Source of the DNA: a virus
Strand: one strand, 5' to 3'
Length of the DNA stretch: 64,000 nucleotides
Virus record (IMG/VR): IMGVR_UViG_3300046780_000464
Coordinates: 12,225 to 76,224 of that record
The notes beneath the pieces were generated by a model. The model was not told the origin of the DNA. It worked only from the letters and a program-made list of their open reading frames with translations, and ran no database searches. Made by a program: the position numbers and the translations under genes. Positions 17,751 to 27,076 of the stretch are shown here, piece after piece; the first letter of the stretch is position 1; each line of letters begins with the position of its first letter.

Positions 17751-20738
17751 CTACGCTAAAAATGCTCTTGAGTTACGTTGTTCTTCATGCCCACGTCTCT
17801 TATGAGACTCATCAATTAACTTTTGTGTTTGATGAGGATCACCAGATCCATTAATGTAATAGTTGTTGGTTGTATTCATTGCCACCTGTTTGTTCGCTGC
17901 CCCACCACCACTACCTCCTGCACCCAACTTAGTACCTTGAACTTCTGATACTTTTTGCTGTTGTTGTTTAGAAAGCCTTAAAGCTTCCCGATATTCTTCC
18001 CAGGGATCACCAAAACCAGCACTAGCACGTATCCCGCCAAAGTCTACATGCATCTGGTCGCGCGGCCCACCCCTTGGTCGTTGTGTACCAAAGTGTAGTC
18101 CGGATCCCATCCTTGCCGCCAACTCTTGATGTCCAGTCTTGATCAGATACGCCATCGCATGAATGTAAGCTTGACGATAGGGAACGGCATTAGGACCGGT
18201 ACCTGCCTTATTGGCAATTGGTTTACCATCCTTGTCGTAAACCTGCCAGTCCTCGGCTTGGTGCTGACCATGCCAACCACCACCAGGGCGGTAACCGCCC
18301 TCCGGTGTGACCTTTGCTGACCAACCCTCAGGTAGTGTTTCTTTATAACCTTGAACCATTGCCTCGGTAAGGAGCTTGTTAACCCCTGTTCTTTCGGCAA
18401 CAGAAGCATCTACCTTGTTACTACCAGGAGTAGGTACTCCTGCTGGACTTGCCTGGGACGCCCGCTCCTTTGCCAACTCCAGGAAGACTTCGTTTATTTC
18501 TTTTTCACCAGCACCCTTTGGAAGTTTTACTCCTTTACCACCGTGTTCGAAACTGAGACCGGCTATAGTTAATTTCCGTAGGTTTTCTGGTGTTAATTGT
18601 ATCGGTAGGTTCTCACCACCCGGTTTGTTATAATCACCACCCATTGCTGTTTTGTAAGCTTCAAGTTGGGCCTTCATGTTGTTTTCAAATCCGGGCCCAG
18701 AAGCCTCAGCAATCTTTGCAATCGTATCTAAGCCTCTCTTAAAGTAACTATTGTAAGTAATGATGCGCGCACGTATACCATGCGCCATTGTATCAAAACT
18801 CTCAAAAGCCTGCCCAGGCCTTGTAGTCTTACCTAACCAATCACCACCTCCAACCCGCAAATTGCCTGGATTGTTGCGTTCCGGATGCGATATTTCCATT
18901 CCAGACGATGTTGTCTGAGTAGTTTCAGGGGGCTTCCAGTCTGGTGGAAACTCCACCCCACCTGCTGGCGCGCCAGTTGGAGAACCCGGGGTTCCAGGTG
19001 TACCAGGAGGGGCGCTACCGGGAGCGGGCGCAACACCAGGGGATGCACCGGGTGTACCTGCCGCTCCATAGATGCCGTCCTTGTAACCCATTGCCTTTAA
19101 GGTCTGATCAAGGACGTTTATCAGCAGTTCAGACATCTTGTCGTAAAATCTATCAGCTAGATCGACAAGAGGTCGAAAAGAAGCATCCCCTGACCACCAA
19201 CGTTGAAATTCAATAAAGATAGTCTCAAAGTTGATACCGCTACGACCACCACTTTCACTAAGCAGATTATCTGGATGAGGACCAAACATTTGTTGGAGTC
19301 CCTCGCTAATGTTGCGAGGAAGTACCATCTCACCATCATGGGCATTGATATTAACAATACCACCATGCTGGAACCCGGCTGCCTCCTCCGGCTGTCCCTC
19401 ATGGGTTGCCTTACCACCACCAACTCCACCTAATCCTTGAAACATCCGACCGAGTAGATAAAACGGATCCGTCCATTTAAAGGCAGCGCCTACATTGGGG
19501 TGACCTTTGTAGAGCGGGTTATCCTCAGAATAAGATTTATCCCGGCTATGGGGGTCACTTGTGGTTTTCCAAGCTTGCCATGCACCCGCTGCCGCTGCGG
19601 CCCATAGGCTGGCACGAAAGATTGCTAAACGCAGTGCTGCCCCAATAGCGGTTCCAGCAGGAGTCGCGCCAGCAATCAGTGGTCCAAACAACCACTTAAC
19701 AAGAGCAATTGGGATATCTATCATGATGCCCTTTAACAGGGCTGCCGCTATTGCAGGTCCAAATAACAACAGTCCAGCGGCAATTGCCGTTGCCCATTCA
19801 GGGCCAACGTTCTTAGACAGCCAAGCGAACCCTTCAATCAATTTACCGACTAACCAGATTACCCCCTTTATCGCATCACCTATCAGATAAATATCTCTGA
19901 TAAAGGCTGCTCTATTCTCTTTGTCCTCAAAGAACTTCCGCATCTCTTCAAAGACGTGCTTAAAGCCGGCAATAACTTCGGGATCAGTTAACCAGTCGCC
20001 TATTGCATCAAGTATCTTTTTAATGTTTTCAAAGTTGTCACTAACAATCTTATCAATACCTGAACTAAATATATCAACTATTCGATCCCACGTCATAGAA
20101 AGCTTGTGACCAGCATCAGCAGCTTGGTCTTGATTAAGCTTCATCTTGACCATTAGGTCATTGTGAAACTTTATCTGGTCGTTATAGTCTTTTAGATTTA
20201 ATGAAAGATTACGAATAGGATCAAAATCAATACCAAGCTCACCTTTCTCAATGGTATTCTTGAGCATTTGATACTGATTGGATGTTTCACCAAAGTTTCT
20301 TCTTGCATTATCCAGAGCAGTCGCCAGTCTTACATAGGCGTCTTGAGCATTCAGGATTGGTTTTGTATCCCCAACTGCTCTTAACAACCCCTGCATTTGT
20401 TCCATTTTCCCTGGCTTACGCAGGGTTTCGGCTAACTTACTAACAATTTGCGCTGTCTGTTCAGATTGGATCCCGGCAGCCTTTAAACCAAATTCGAAAC
20501 TCTTTAGTGCAGCAACTGGTACTCCTGTTGATTTTGATAGGAGATACATGTTATTGAAGCTATTCATCGTCCGACGAATAGCTTCTTCAGCCCCAATAGC
20601 CAACCCAATCAGTGCTAACCTAAACTCCTTGACCCCACGAATACCATTCTGCATGGTATCATGGAAACGCTTCGAACTCGCGGGGTCCGTCTGGAAGCCT
20701 AGCTTAACAAAGAATTCTTGGATTGTGATGCCTGCCAT
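17751..20738 (-). CDS. Tape measure protein with lysozyme-like and M15-peptidase-like C-terminal domains
   Basis: N-terminal IQEFFVKLGF; helical middle; RNNPGNLR...FESFDTMAHGIRA; WHGQHQAED...QMHVDF; directly after the tail chaperones. Confidence 0.85.
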   Translation of the reverse strand: MAGITIQEFFVKLGFQTDPASSKRFHDTMQNGIRGVKEFRLALIGLAIGAEEAIRRTMNSFNNMYLLSKSTGVPVAALKSFEFGLKAAGIQSEQTAQIVSKLAETLRKPGKMEQMQGLLRAVGDTKPILNAQDAYVRLATALDNARRNFGETSNQYQMLKNTIEKGELGIDFDPIRNLSLNLKDYNDQIKFHNDLMVKMKLNQDQAADAGHKLSMTWDRIVDIFSSGIDKIVSDNFENIKKILDAIGDWLTDPEVIAGFKHVFEEMRKFFEDKENRAAFIRDIYLIGDAIKGVIWLVGKLIEGFAWLSKNVGPEWATAIAAGLLLFGPAIAAALLKGIMIDIPIALVKWLFGPLIAGATPAGTAIGAALRLAIFRASLWAAAAAGAWQAWKTTSDPHSRDKSYSEDNPLYKGHPNVGAAFKWTDPFYLLGRMFQGLGGVGGGKATHEGQPEEAAGFQHGGIVNINAHDGEMVLPRNISEGLQQMFGPHPDNLLSESGGRSGINFETIFIEFQRWWSGDASFRPLVDLADRFYDKMSELLINVLDQTLKAMGYKDGIYGAAGTPGASPGVAPAPGSAPPGTPGTPGSPTGAPAGGVEFPPDWKPPETTQTTSSGMEISHPERNNPGNLRVGGGDWLGKTTRPGQAFESFDTMAHGIRARIITYNSYFKRGLDTIAKIAEASGPGFENNMKAQLEAYKTAMGGDYNKPGGENLPIQLTPENLRKLTIAGLSFEHGGKGVKLPKGAGEKEINEVFLELAKERASQASPAGVPTPGSNKVDASVAERTGVNKLLTEAMVQGYKETLPEGWSAKVTPEGGYRPGGGWHGQHQAEDWQVYDKDGKPIANKAGTGPNAVPYRQAYIHAMAYLIKTGHQELAARMGSGLHFGTQRPRGGPRDQMHVDFGGIRASAGFGDPWEEYREALRLSKQQQQKVSEVQGTKLGAGGSGGGAANKQVAMNTTNNYYINGSGDPHQTQKLIDESHKRRGHEEQRNSRAFLA

Positions 20739-20911
20739 TATTTACTATTCCTTGCTGCTTCCTCAAACCTACTTCTATTCTCATCCCTAACGTTTAGTGC
20801 TTCATTCATCCTCGCTACGTCAGCTAGATCTAAAGTGCCGTCAACTAACGACTCGTAACGACAAATTCCCTCTAGGGCTGGTCGCATTACCCAATCTTCG
20901 TCGTCGTTCAT
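20738..20911 (-). CDS. Second tail assembly chaperone ORF (DUF6889-like; gpT equivalent), 57 aa, absent from the ORF track
   Basis: Hand translation MNDDEDWVMRPALEGICRYESLVDGTLDLADVARMNEALNVRDENRSRFEEAARNSK; ATGA overlap with the upstream gene and TAATG overlap with the TMP gene. Confidence 0.8.
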   Translation of the reverse strand: MNDDEDWVMRPALEGICRYESLVDGTLDLADVARMNEALNVRDENRSRFEEAARNSK

Positions 20912-21366
20912 GCTGACGACGGAAACGGAAGAACCTGATCCCCTGCCCCCTCCGAAGTGTTGGGCAGGGGTGCGGAGAAAAAACCGCTGAGATTATCCTG
21001 CAACACAGCAAAGGTTAGTTGAAGCATCTCCATCATGTCAATATCTTCGAACATTAGTTCGCCGGATGGCATGGTGATACGCACCCAGGCTTGCCCATTC
21101 CACCTTGACACGACATGCAAACAAGTCTTCAGGATAAACTCACTATCCTGCTGTGACATCTCAGCAACTGCAGTGGCAACGGGTCCCAATGCCGACCAGA
21201 AGTTGGCATCCATTGCGACATTAGTGCCATCGGTTGGTCCGATGTCAGAGAAAGTCTCACCCATTCCGGAAAACACAGGCATGAGTTTCCGAAACAAGTG
21301 AAACTGTTTAAACGCGTCGAGTCGGCCGGTGCGATACCGGGAAGTACCAAGCTCGAGTTCTTGCAT
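20908..21366 (-). CDS. Tail assembly chaperone (gpG equivalent)
   Basis: YRTGRLDAFKQFHLFRKL...LMFEDIDMMEMLQLTFAVLQDNLSGFF; lies between tube and TMP. Confidence 0.85.
   Translation of the reverse strand: MQELELGTSRYRTGRLDAFKQFHLFRKLMPVFSGMGETFSDIGPTDGTNVAMDANFWSALGPVATAVAEMSQQDSEFILKTCLHVVSRWNGQAWVRITMPSGELMFEDIDMMEMLQLTFAVLQDNLSGFFSAPLPNTSEGAGDQVLPFPSSA
20940..20983 (-). other. Programmed -1 ribosomal frameshift signal
   Basis: In-frame slippery heptamer U-UUU-UUC (20983-20977), 6-nt spacer, perfect 9-bp stem CCCCUGCCC/GGGCAGGGG (20970-20962 / 20948-20940); the -1 frame is open into ORF 20738..20911. Confidence 0.8.
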
Positions 21367-21376
21367 AAGTCTACTC

Positions 21377-21844
21377 CTACGCTGCTATCCCTGTCGCCGC
21401 TGCCAGGCCAGTACCAAGGATAAAGTCAACAATACCAGCATGGAAGGTCCAAGTCATTTCGCCGCCTTCCTTGGCATAGGTGACATCGGCAAACTTTGCC
21501 CAGGCACACATCTGGCAGACAATAACATCATTGCGCGCCATGTCTCTTATCGAGATTGTGTTGATGCCGAAGGCCTGACTAAAGGCGCAGTCCGCAGCAT
21601 ACATTGCCGATAGTAGGGCATTGGTTGGTGAAGTCTTGAGCAAGCGCACCGTTACCGTGGCGCTCTTGCCAGCGTGCAGCGAGTGCATGACAGAACCGTC
21701 GGCACCAATAGTCATGGTGGACTTGTCTTCCGTCATAACAACGCTGATACCACCCTCAGCATCACCAGCACCAGACCCCAGGCTAAAAGAGCCATGAGGA
21801 CCACTGATGGAACACATGTTGTCTTGAAAGCTGTAAGTTGCCAT
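21377..21844 (-). CDS. Tail tube protein (DUF3277-like)
   Basis: MATYSFQD...ISGP.G..SLG.G...AEGGISV.M.EDKSTMTIGADG..MHSLHAGKS.TVTVRLLKTSPTNA.LS. Confidence 0.9.
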   Translation of the reverse strand: MATYSFQDNMCSISGPHGSFSLGSGAGDAEGGISVVMTEDKSTMTIGADGSVMHSLHAGKSATVTVRLLKTSPTNALLSAMYAADCAFSQAFGINTISIRDMARNDVIVCQMCAWAKFADVTYAKEGGEMTWTFHAGIVDFILGTGLAAATGIAA

Positions 21845-22017
21845 AGATGTCTCCCTAAGAAAGAAAACAGCATACGTTATGGGCGGAGAATGCTAGTCCG
21901 GATTTCGCGGTCGAAAGAGGAGGGGCGACCACGCCATTATTAGAAACCGCTGTACCGATCCCAAAAGGGACCAAAAGCCCTGTGATGTCGGGCCGACTTG
22001 GCCTTGGCGGCTTAACC

Positions 22018-22665
22018 TTACCGGTTGACTTTTCGTCCAAGATACCAACCATCAGGAATAGGGTCAGTATCAAGAAGCCTTTTACTCTTTAAACCGTTCG
22101 TGATCCAAGATCGATTTCGATTTCGATAAAGCCAAATCTTTCGATTCTCTTGTTTCTGTTCAATTCGTTTATCTAATTCTTGTTGAGTAACTATTAAACT
22201 TCGGCCTCGATACCAACCATCAGGAATAGGGTTGTTCTTATTGACTCTTTTATCTTCAACACCATTTGTTATCCAACCTAATTGTCCTTGAGCAATCTTA
22301 CCTCGCTCAGTAGGTCCATATCTTTTACCTTTTCTTGCACTAGGCTTCCCGAGTTTGGCAAGGGACATTCGACGTCTAGTTTCTTCACCAAACCCACCAA
22401 CATATCTACGTTTGTTTACAACCAACCCATTAAGCGCATCTATTAAACAAGTCTCAATCAAACGAGCCTCTTTATATTCTAAATTATTCCTAACTATTAT
22501 TGGAATGGTTTCGTATCCTAGATCACGAAGAGACCGAACAATCGTACCTGTTGCTGTATCCCTACCTGAAAGATGTGTACTGATCCGACCTAGTTGTATG
22601 GCACATCCAACGTAGAAAGGCTTTCCATTGTCAGATCGAATCAGTACATAGACGTAGTAATCCAT
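22018..22665 (-). mobile_element. Free-standing GIY-YIG homing endonuclease with NUMOD-type DNA-binding repeats
   Basis: YYVYVLIR..NGKPFYVG...RISTH; ETRRRMSLAKLGKP; two WITNG...PDGWY.GR repeats; visibly AT-rich; sits between sheath and tube. Confidence 0.8.
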
Positions 22666-22728
22666 CGCTCAGTACTCCTCGGTATCCCACAAGAGGATAG
22701 CAGAGTACTAATTAAAAGCAAGAATTAC

Positions 22729-24228
22729 TTAACGGTTAACATTTATGAGCACGTTCGAGAAGTGGACAGCACCAGCCAACTTTACCGCGACCTGGATCAG
22801 TGGTGCAACGCGCGCTTCTCTTGTTGCTTGGTCTTGTGTATCCACCGAGGCGGCAAAGGTGTACCAACCATTGGCAAGCAGGTCACCTTGCGCCAGCTGA
22901 CCAAAGCCAGGTGCGTTCCATCTGCCTGGTGCAATCAGGCCATTAACGACACCCTGCGACAGTGAACCATCAGTAGTAGCAACCAGAACGTGAATGCCTG
23001 GATCAGTCTGTGGGATCTTTGGTGACTGATACAGAACATTGTACACGTCAGTCTGAATCCGGTTCGCCAACCAATCCAGACCGTGCATCTCATCAAAGTA
23101 AGCGCGACCACTCATCACACCTTCTTCGATGATACTCGTACCGTTATTGTATTGAGCATAGACGTTGATGCGCTTGCTGGCGAGGGTAGTCGCTTCGGTC
23201 GCGGTAAGCAGCTCAGGTACAACACCAGGTTCTACCTTGAACTTCATTGTGATCGTGGTATTTGACCCCTCGAAGTTGGTGGTCAGTGCACGACCAAAGA
23301 ATGAAGCCATAGCGTAAGGGTTGGTAGCAGAATACTGAACTGCTGTCCGCATGTAGTCAGCCAGTAGTGACTGGCTGCCGATGTCACTGGTAATAACCGG
23401 ATCGAGACAAGTCGGCTCGTTTGTGGTGATGCCGTAGAGGTGTTTATCCGCTGCGGCTTCAATGTACCCAGAGATAGCGTGATGGTCTTGATCAATCAAC
23501 GGCGTAGTGGTGGCAAAGATCAGAGCGTACCACCCACGACCATCCACCCTTATCACGGCGTCTACTGGTGTCTCCAAGGCCACACCGGATGAACTACGCA
23601 TTCCAGTACTTGCGGTGCACAGCATCATGGCCGAGATGTCTGTCGCCAGGGGCACCCCCGGCGGTGCGGTCAAAAAGCTAACATTAGAGGTTGGGCCTGT
23701 GGTGTGACTGTCAATGATGAACTCTTGACCAGTCCAAGTACAAGTTGCCATAATCGGTGTTGGCATTGCCGCAGCAAAGCCGGCATTGATCTTTGTTGCA
23801 ACCCCATTGAGGTTGGATACCTGCGAGAAGTCCATATTGACAATAGCCACAAGCGGCCCACCATCAACTGAGATCTGGAATCCAGCATTATTGATTGCAC
23901 GCCAAATCAGAGGATCCTGATCCTCGGTAGGCATAGGCCCACCTGTCAAACGACCGGAAGTTGGTGTCTTTGCCCACCGACCAATAAACAGCGTGGTAGG
24001 CTGCGGGATCTGGCTAAAGAACAGCTCCGCAGCTAGAAACTCCGGTGCCGTGCTAGTAAAGTCACCAGCGACCTCTTCAATAGTGTTGTACTCCCGAATT
24101 GCTTCACCCGTATCAATAATGGGGCTATCTCCCATAATCAATAGGGTATCGAACCGAGACAGAGGCGCGGCGATCGGCGCAAAGCTGACCTCCACGTCGA
24201 CTACGCGCGATACGCTCAAGCCTTGCAT
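22729..24228 (-). CDS. Tail sheath protein (DUF3383-like)
   Basis: MQGLSVSRVVDV...LFFSQIPQPTTLFIGRW...GLDWLANRIQTDVYNVLY...KIPQTD.G...KLAGAVHF..V.INVNR. Confidence 0.92.
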   Translation of the reverse strand: MQGLSVSRVVDVEVSFAPIAAPLSRFDTLLIMGDSPIIDTGEAIREYNTIEEVAGDFTSTAPEFLAAELFFSQIPQPTTLFIGRWAKTPTSGRLTGGPMPTEDQDPLIWRAINNAGFQISVDGGPLVAIVNMDFSQVSNLNGVATKINAGFAAAMPTPIMATCTWTGQEFIIDSHTTGPTSNVSFLTAPPGVPLATDISAMMLCTASTGMRSSSGVALETPVDAVIRVDGRGWYALIFATTTPLIDQDHHAISGYIEAAADKHLYGITTNEPTCLDPVITSDIGSQSLLADYMRTAVQYSATNPYAMASFFGRALTTNFEGSNTTITMKFKVEPGVVPELLTATEATTLASKRINVYAQYNNGTSIIEEGVMSGRAYFDEMHGLDWLANRIQTDVYNVLYQSPKIPQTDPGIHVLVATTDGSLSQGVVNGLIAPGRWNAPGFGQLAQGDLLANGWYTFAASVDTQDQATREARVAPLIQVAVKLAGAVHFSNVLINVNR

Positions 24229-24233
24229 GATAG

Positions 24234-24446
24234 TTACTCCTCTGGAGGATCTTTGGTGATGAACCCAGTTAACTGGGCCTCAAGTATAGTCACCCGTTCC
24301 TGTAAAATAGCAATCTGTTGAACCTGTAGGTTAACTTGTTCCTGCAAATCAGTAATCTCTTCCTGAGCAACAGTAAAGTTGTTGCGAACATCCCTAGTAA
24401 AGGCATTGCCCTCTTCTGGTACGGTAGGATCTATTTCTGAGGTCAT
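24234..24446 (-). CDS. Small coiled-coil virion-associated protein
   Basis: MTSEIDPTVP..G...T.DVRNNF..AQEEITDLQ followed by a heptad pattern; ATGA coupling. Confidence 0.65.
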   Translation of the reverse strand: MTSEIDPTVPEEGNAFTRDVRNNFTVAQEEITDLQEQVNLQVQQIAILQERVTILEAQLTGFITKDPPEE

Positions 24447-25138
24447 TCAACCACATCCCACTTTGTTCTACCATCATCCCAGTAGGTAAAACTACCGCGC
24501 GCATAATGATCCCATAGGGTCTCAGACCCAACTTCAACATCCCTATGGATGTGCCTTTTGCTATAGGGTGGTTCTGCTTCAATGCTAACCTGCGCACCGA
24601 TAATAGTCGCAACGTTATAGTTGTACCTGATCTCTCGCCTTAGTATAATGTTAGTGTCTATTCGATTGACCCATTGGTTCATATACAGCTCCGGGGCGCG
24701 ATTTAGACTCGTAACTTCAACAAGACCACAACCATTAGCCCGCAGCACAGCCCTATTCTGCCAGATATACAAACCACGACGCATAAAGCTGGCATATTGT
24801 CCAGCATTAGGCCCGTAAAAGGAGCACATTACTGTATCTACTTCATGCTCCTGAAGCATTACTTGGCCTAGACCATTGTTCCCGTGAGGGTCATTACCCA
24901 TCCAAGGTTCAAAGTCTAAGAATACTTCCGAGATACCGAACGCCACCCAATTTGTGTCAAAAGTTGGCATATTCGGTGGCTCAGGTTGCCAGCGAGGCCT
25001 GACCAGATCAGGTGGCAGACCAGTAACGCCCGCGACGAGGTCATGCAAGAAATTCTCCCATGCATCATCAACGGGCTCTTGAGGCGTCGGCGCCGGGCCA
25101 AGATACCCTGCCTGCCTACTGTCTGGGACAAAAGGCAT
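24443..25138 (-). CDS. Tail terminator / neck protein
   Basis: LVAGVTGLPPDLVRPRWQPEPPNMP...WVAFGI...CSFYGP; upstream of the sheath gene. Confidence 0.8.
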   Translation of the reverse strand: MPFVPDSRQAGYLGPAPTPQEPVDDAWENFLHDLVAGVTGLPPDLVRPRWQPEPPNMPTFDTNWVAFGISEVFLDFEPWMGNDPHGNNGLGQVMLQEHEVDTVMCSFYGPNAGQYASFMRRGLYIWQNRAVLRANGCGLVEVTSLNRAPELYMNQWVNRIDTNIILRREIRYNYNVATIIGAQVSIEAEPPYSKRHIHRDVEVGSETLWDHYARGSFTYWDDGRTKWDVVE

Positions 25139-25522
25139 TTAGTGGATCCTGAGCCCACCTGAACCCCTAATGGGAGTAGTCTGACGAACAACAGCAGGCT
25201 TGGCTTGTTCTTTGAGAATTGCCTGTGGCTTATCATTGGCAAGCACATTGTACAATTGCTTGGCAGCCCCTGAGTGAGACTCGACTAGTTTTGCCAATTC
25301 CTCAGAGGAAGGCCCGTTGTGCTGTACAGGTGCAGCAACAGGTGTTGAACCCCGACGACGCCCACCACTAGTCTCCTGTGGAGGCGGAGGTGGTGCATCA
25401 GGATTGGGTACACCCTGCCCATTGCCATTAGTTGACTTCTTTTGTTGCGCAGCGTAATGTTCCGCTACCGCAGCGTGGTAGTCTGCATTGCGCTGTATCC
25501 GCGTACGAACGATACTGTGCAT
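25139..25522 (-). CDS. Hypothetical protein, Pro/Gln-rich
   Basis: 127 aa, abuts the next gene, GGAG RBS. Confidence 0.6.
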   Translation of the reverse strand: MHSIVRTRIQRNADYHAAVAEHYAAQQKKSTNGNGQGVPNPDAPPPPPQETSGGRRRGSTPVAAPVQHNGPSSEELAKLVESHSGAAKQLYNVLANDKPQAILKEQAKPAVVRQTTPIRGSGGLRIH

Positions 25523-25701
25523 GATTGTACTCCCTTGGAAAAGCTGTGCCAGTCCGTGGACTCTTGACTACTGGCTTGTCGCATTTCTGTCACGTTCCAC
25601 TTGAAGCAAGTCCTTCCACCCAACTGTTGGACTTGCATTGCCCCATCACCACTGATCTCCGGCGGTACCACCTCGGGGGTGAGTTGAGAGGCCTGAACTG
25701 T

Positions 25702-26118
25702 TTAGGCACTGCCTATAGGATCTGGTATGGGAGGAGCAGGGATAGAGTCGTAAGACACAGCGGTTGCTTGAATCCAACCTCGCCCATAACCTGAATAGTC
25801 ATCAAGTATACGCACAATAAACGTGGTATTGTGCCAGACAATCTGATCAGGTAAAGTTTGACTACCTGTAACATGATTAATAGATGAACTTTGTAGCCTG
25901 TATGGTGTATAGATCGTGATTGCTCTATTCATCATATCGGCTTCAGGCAATCTGTTTAGATCATTTGGTGATGCAGGTACCACTACTGCTAATTGCTGGC
26001 TAGTTACTAACTTCATTACCGTGCGACCTTGCCCGCTCACAGTCTCTTGACGCCTGACAACAGTGATGTAATCCCAGAAGGTAGGGTCGAATGCTTCATC
26101 TACATTGTGTATTGGCAT
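25702..26118 (-). CDS. Head closure / head-tail adaptor protein
   Basis: DYITVVRRQETVSGQGR...VVPASPNDLNRLPEAD....AITIYT...PDQIVW; neck synteny. Confidence 0.75.
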   Translation of the reverse strand: MPIHNVDEAFDPTFWDYITVVRRQETVSGQGRTVMKLVTSQQLAVVVPASPNDLNRLPEADMMNRAITIYTPYRLQSSSINHVTGSQTLPDQIVWHNTTFIVRILDDYSGYGRGWIQATAVSYDSIPAPPIPDPIGSA

Positions 26119-26168
26119 GCCTTTGCCTTTTAGATCCTATTTACAGGCAAAATGGGGACTTGGCCACT

Positions 26169-26203
26169 TGTGCATGCGCGCGTATATATGCGCGCGTGTA
26201 CGT
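26169..26203. repeat. 35-bp perfectly alternating pyrimidine-purine tract, near-palindromic
   Basis: tgtgcatgcgcgcgtatatatgcgcgcgtgtacgt; intergenic. Confidence 0.9.
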
Positions 26204-26209
26204 TGTTGT

Positions 26210-26779
26210 TTAAGGTGGTGCGGGACGCTTCTTTACCACGTAAGTAATGCTGTTTATTAGCTGTGCAGTATCTATCAATGGGGTGACACCACCTGATGTT
26301 ACTTCTGTATGGCCTGGTCTATAATTGGCATGCCATTGCCTATAGGCCTGATTGAATGCGGCATCCCCTTTATGCCTAGCCCTTGCTGCAACGGTGCCTG
26401 GCTTTAGTGGTGGTGGAATGCCAGCGACTATTGTCTTCTTGACTGCCGTGACAGCCGTTTGTCCTGCGGCATTCAATGCTCTATCAAGTACACCTTCATC
26501 ACCACGAAAGGCAGCCTGCCCAGCCTGCACCATATACTTGGTCCACTCACGCTCAGATGACCTGACACCAGGGACTAGGAATGGACGCGCTGGGATGTTG
26601 TTTGCTGGGCTACCTACCTCGTGGATATAACCTAATGTTGCGTTGCTTGGTGCACTGTCACTACGGTGGTCATTGGCAGCAGGAATGCCTACCATGACAT
26701 GTGTACCAGCAAGGCGTTCCAGTGCCTTGGTTATCTTGTCGTAATTGTCTGTGTCATCAGGCATTGGTCCACCGCTCAA
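26210..26779 (-). CDS. Neck protein (HK97 gp10-like)
   Basis: HVMVGIPA...NATLGYIHEVGSPANNIPARPFLVPG...TPLIDTAQLINSITYVV. Confidence 0.8.
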   Translation of the reverse strand: MSGGPMPDDTDNYDKITKALERLAGTHVMVGIPAANDHRSDSAPSNATLGYIHEVGSPANNIPARPFLVPGVRSSEREWTKYMVQAGQAAFRGDEGVLDRALNAAGQTAVTAVKKTIVAGIPPPLKPGTVAARARHKGDAAFNQAYRQWHANYRPGHTEVTSGGVTPLIDTAQLINSITYVVKKRPAPP

Positions 26780-26957
26780 TACGCTCCCTGAGGATAGCTA
26801 AGTATGACCGCATAGCTGACTCTTGTGAATACAAAAGGGCAAAGTCTATATGATTTAAGGCAAACGCCTCTTTACTCTTGATGAATTTTGCTAAACGCTG
26901 TAGTTTATCATTCAATTCCTGACGCTCTTCCATGACTCTAACTTGCCATTCTTCCAC
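26757..26957 (-). CDS. crAss001_48-like helical-hairpin protein
   Basis: GTG start behind GGGAGGAG; RVMEERQELNDKLQRLAKFI....F..L...DFALLYSQESAMRSYLAILRERI. Confidence 0.65.
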   Translation of the reverse strand: MEEWQVRVMEERQELNDKLQRLAKFIKSKEAFALNHIDFALLYSQESAMRSYLAILRERIERWTNA

Positions 26958-27029
26958 AATAATACTCCTCCCATGCAAGCATACCCGCGCGGCTATCATG
27001 CCCACTAAAAAGACTCCTTTTCGATTATT

Positions 27030-27074
27030 TTTCGAAGCGCGCGTACGCGGGATGGATGCGCGCGCGCTTCGAAA
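27030..27074. repeat. 14-bp perfect inverted repeat with a (CG)n core
   Basis: tttcgaagcgcgcg (27030-27043) pairs with cgcgcgcttcgaaa (27061-27074); intergenic, no U-tract on the coding strand. Confidence 0.9.
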
Positions 27075-27076
27075 CT

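Noticed and set aside
21845-22729. Group I intron around the GIY-YIG gene
   Set aside because: Sheath and tube genes both look complete, and I could not find the conserved P7 (R/S) elements; treated as a free-standing endonuclease
25465-25671. 68-aa ORF in the gap between neck genes
   Set aside because: No clear RBS or motif, and it overlaps the next gene by 58 nt; cannot be supported
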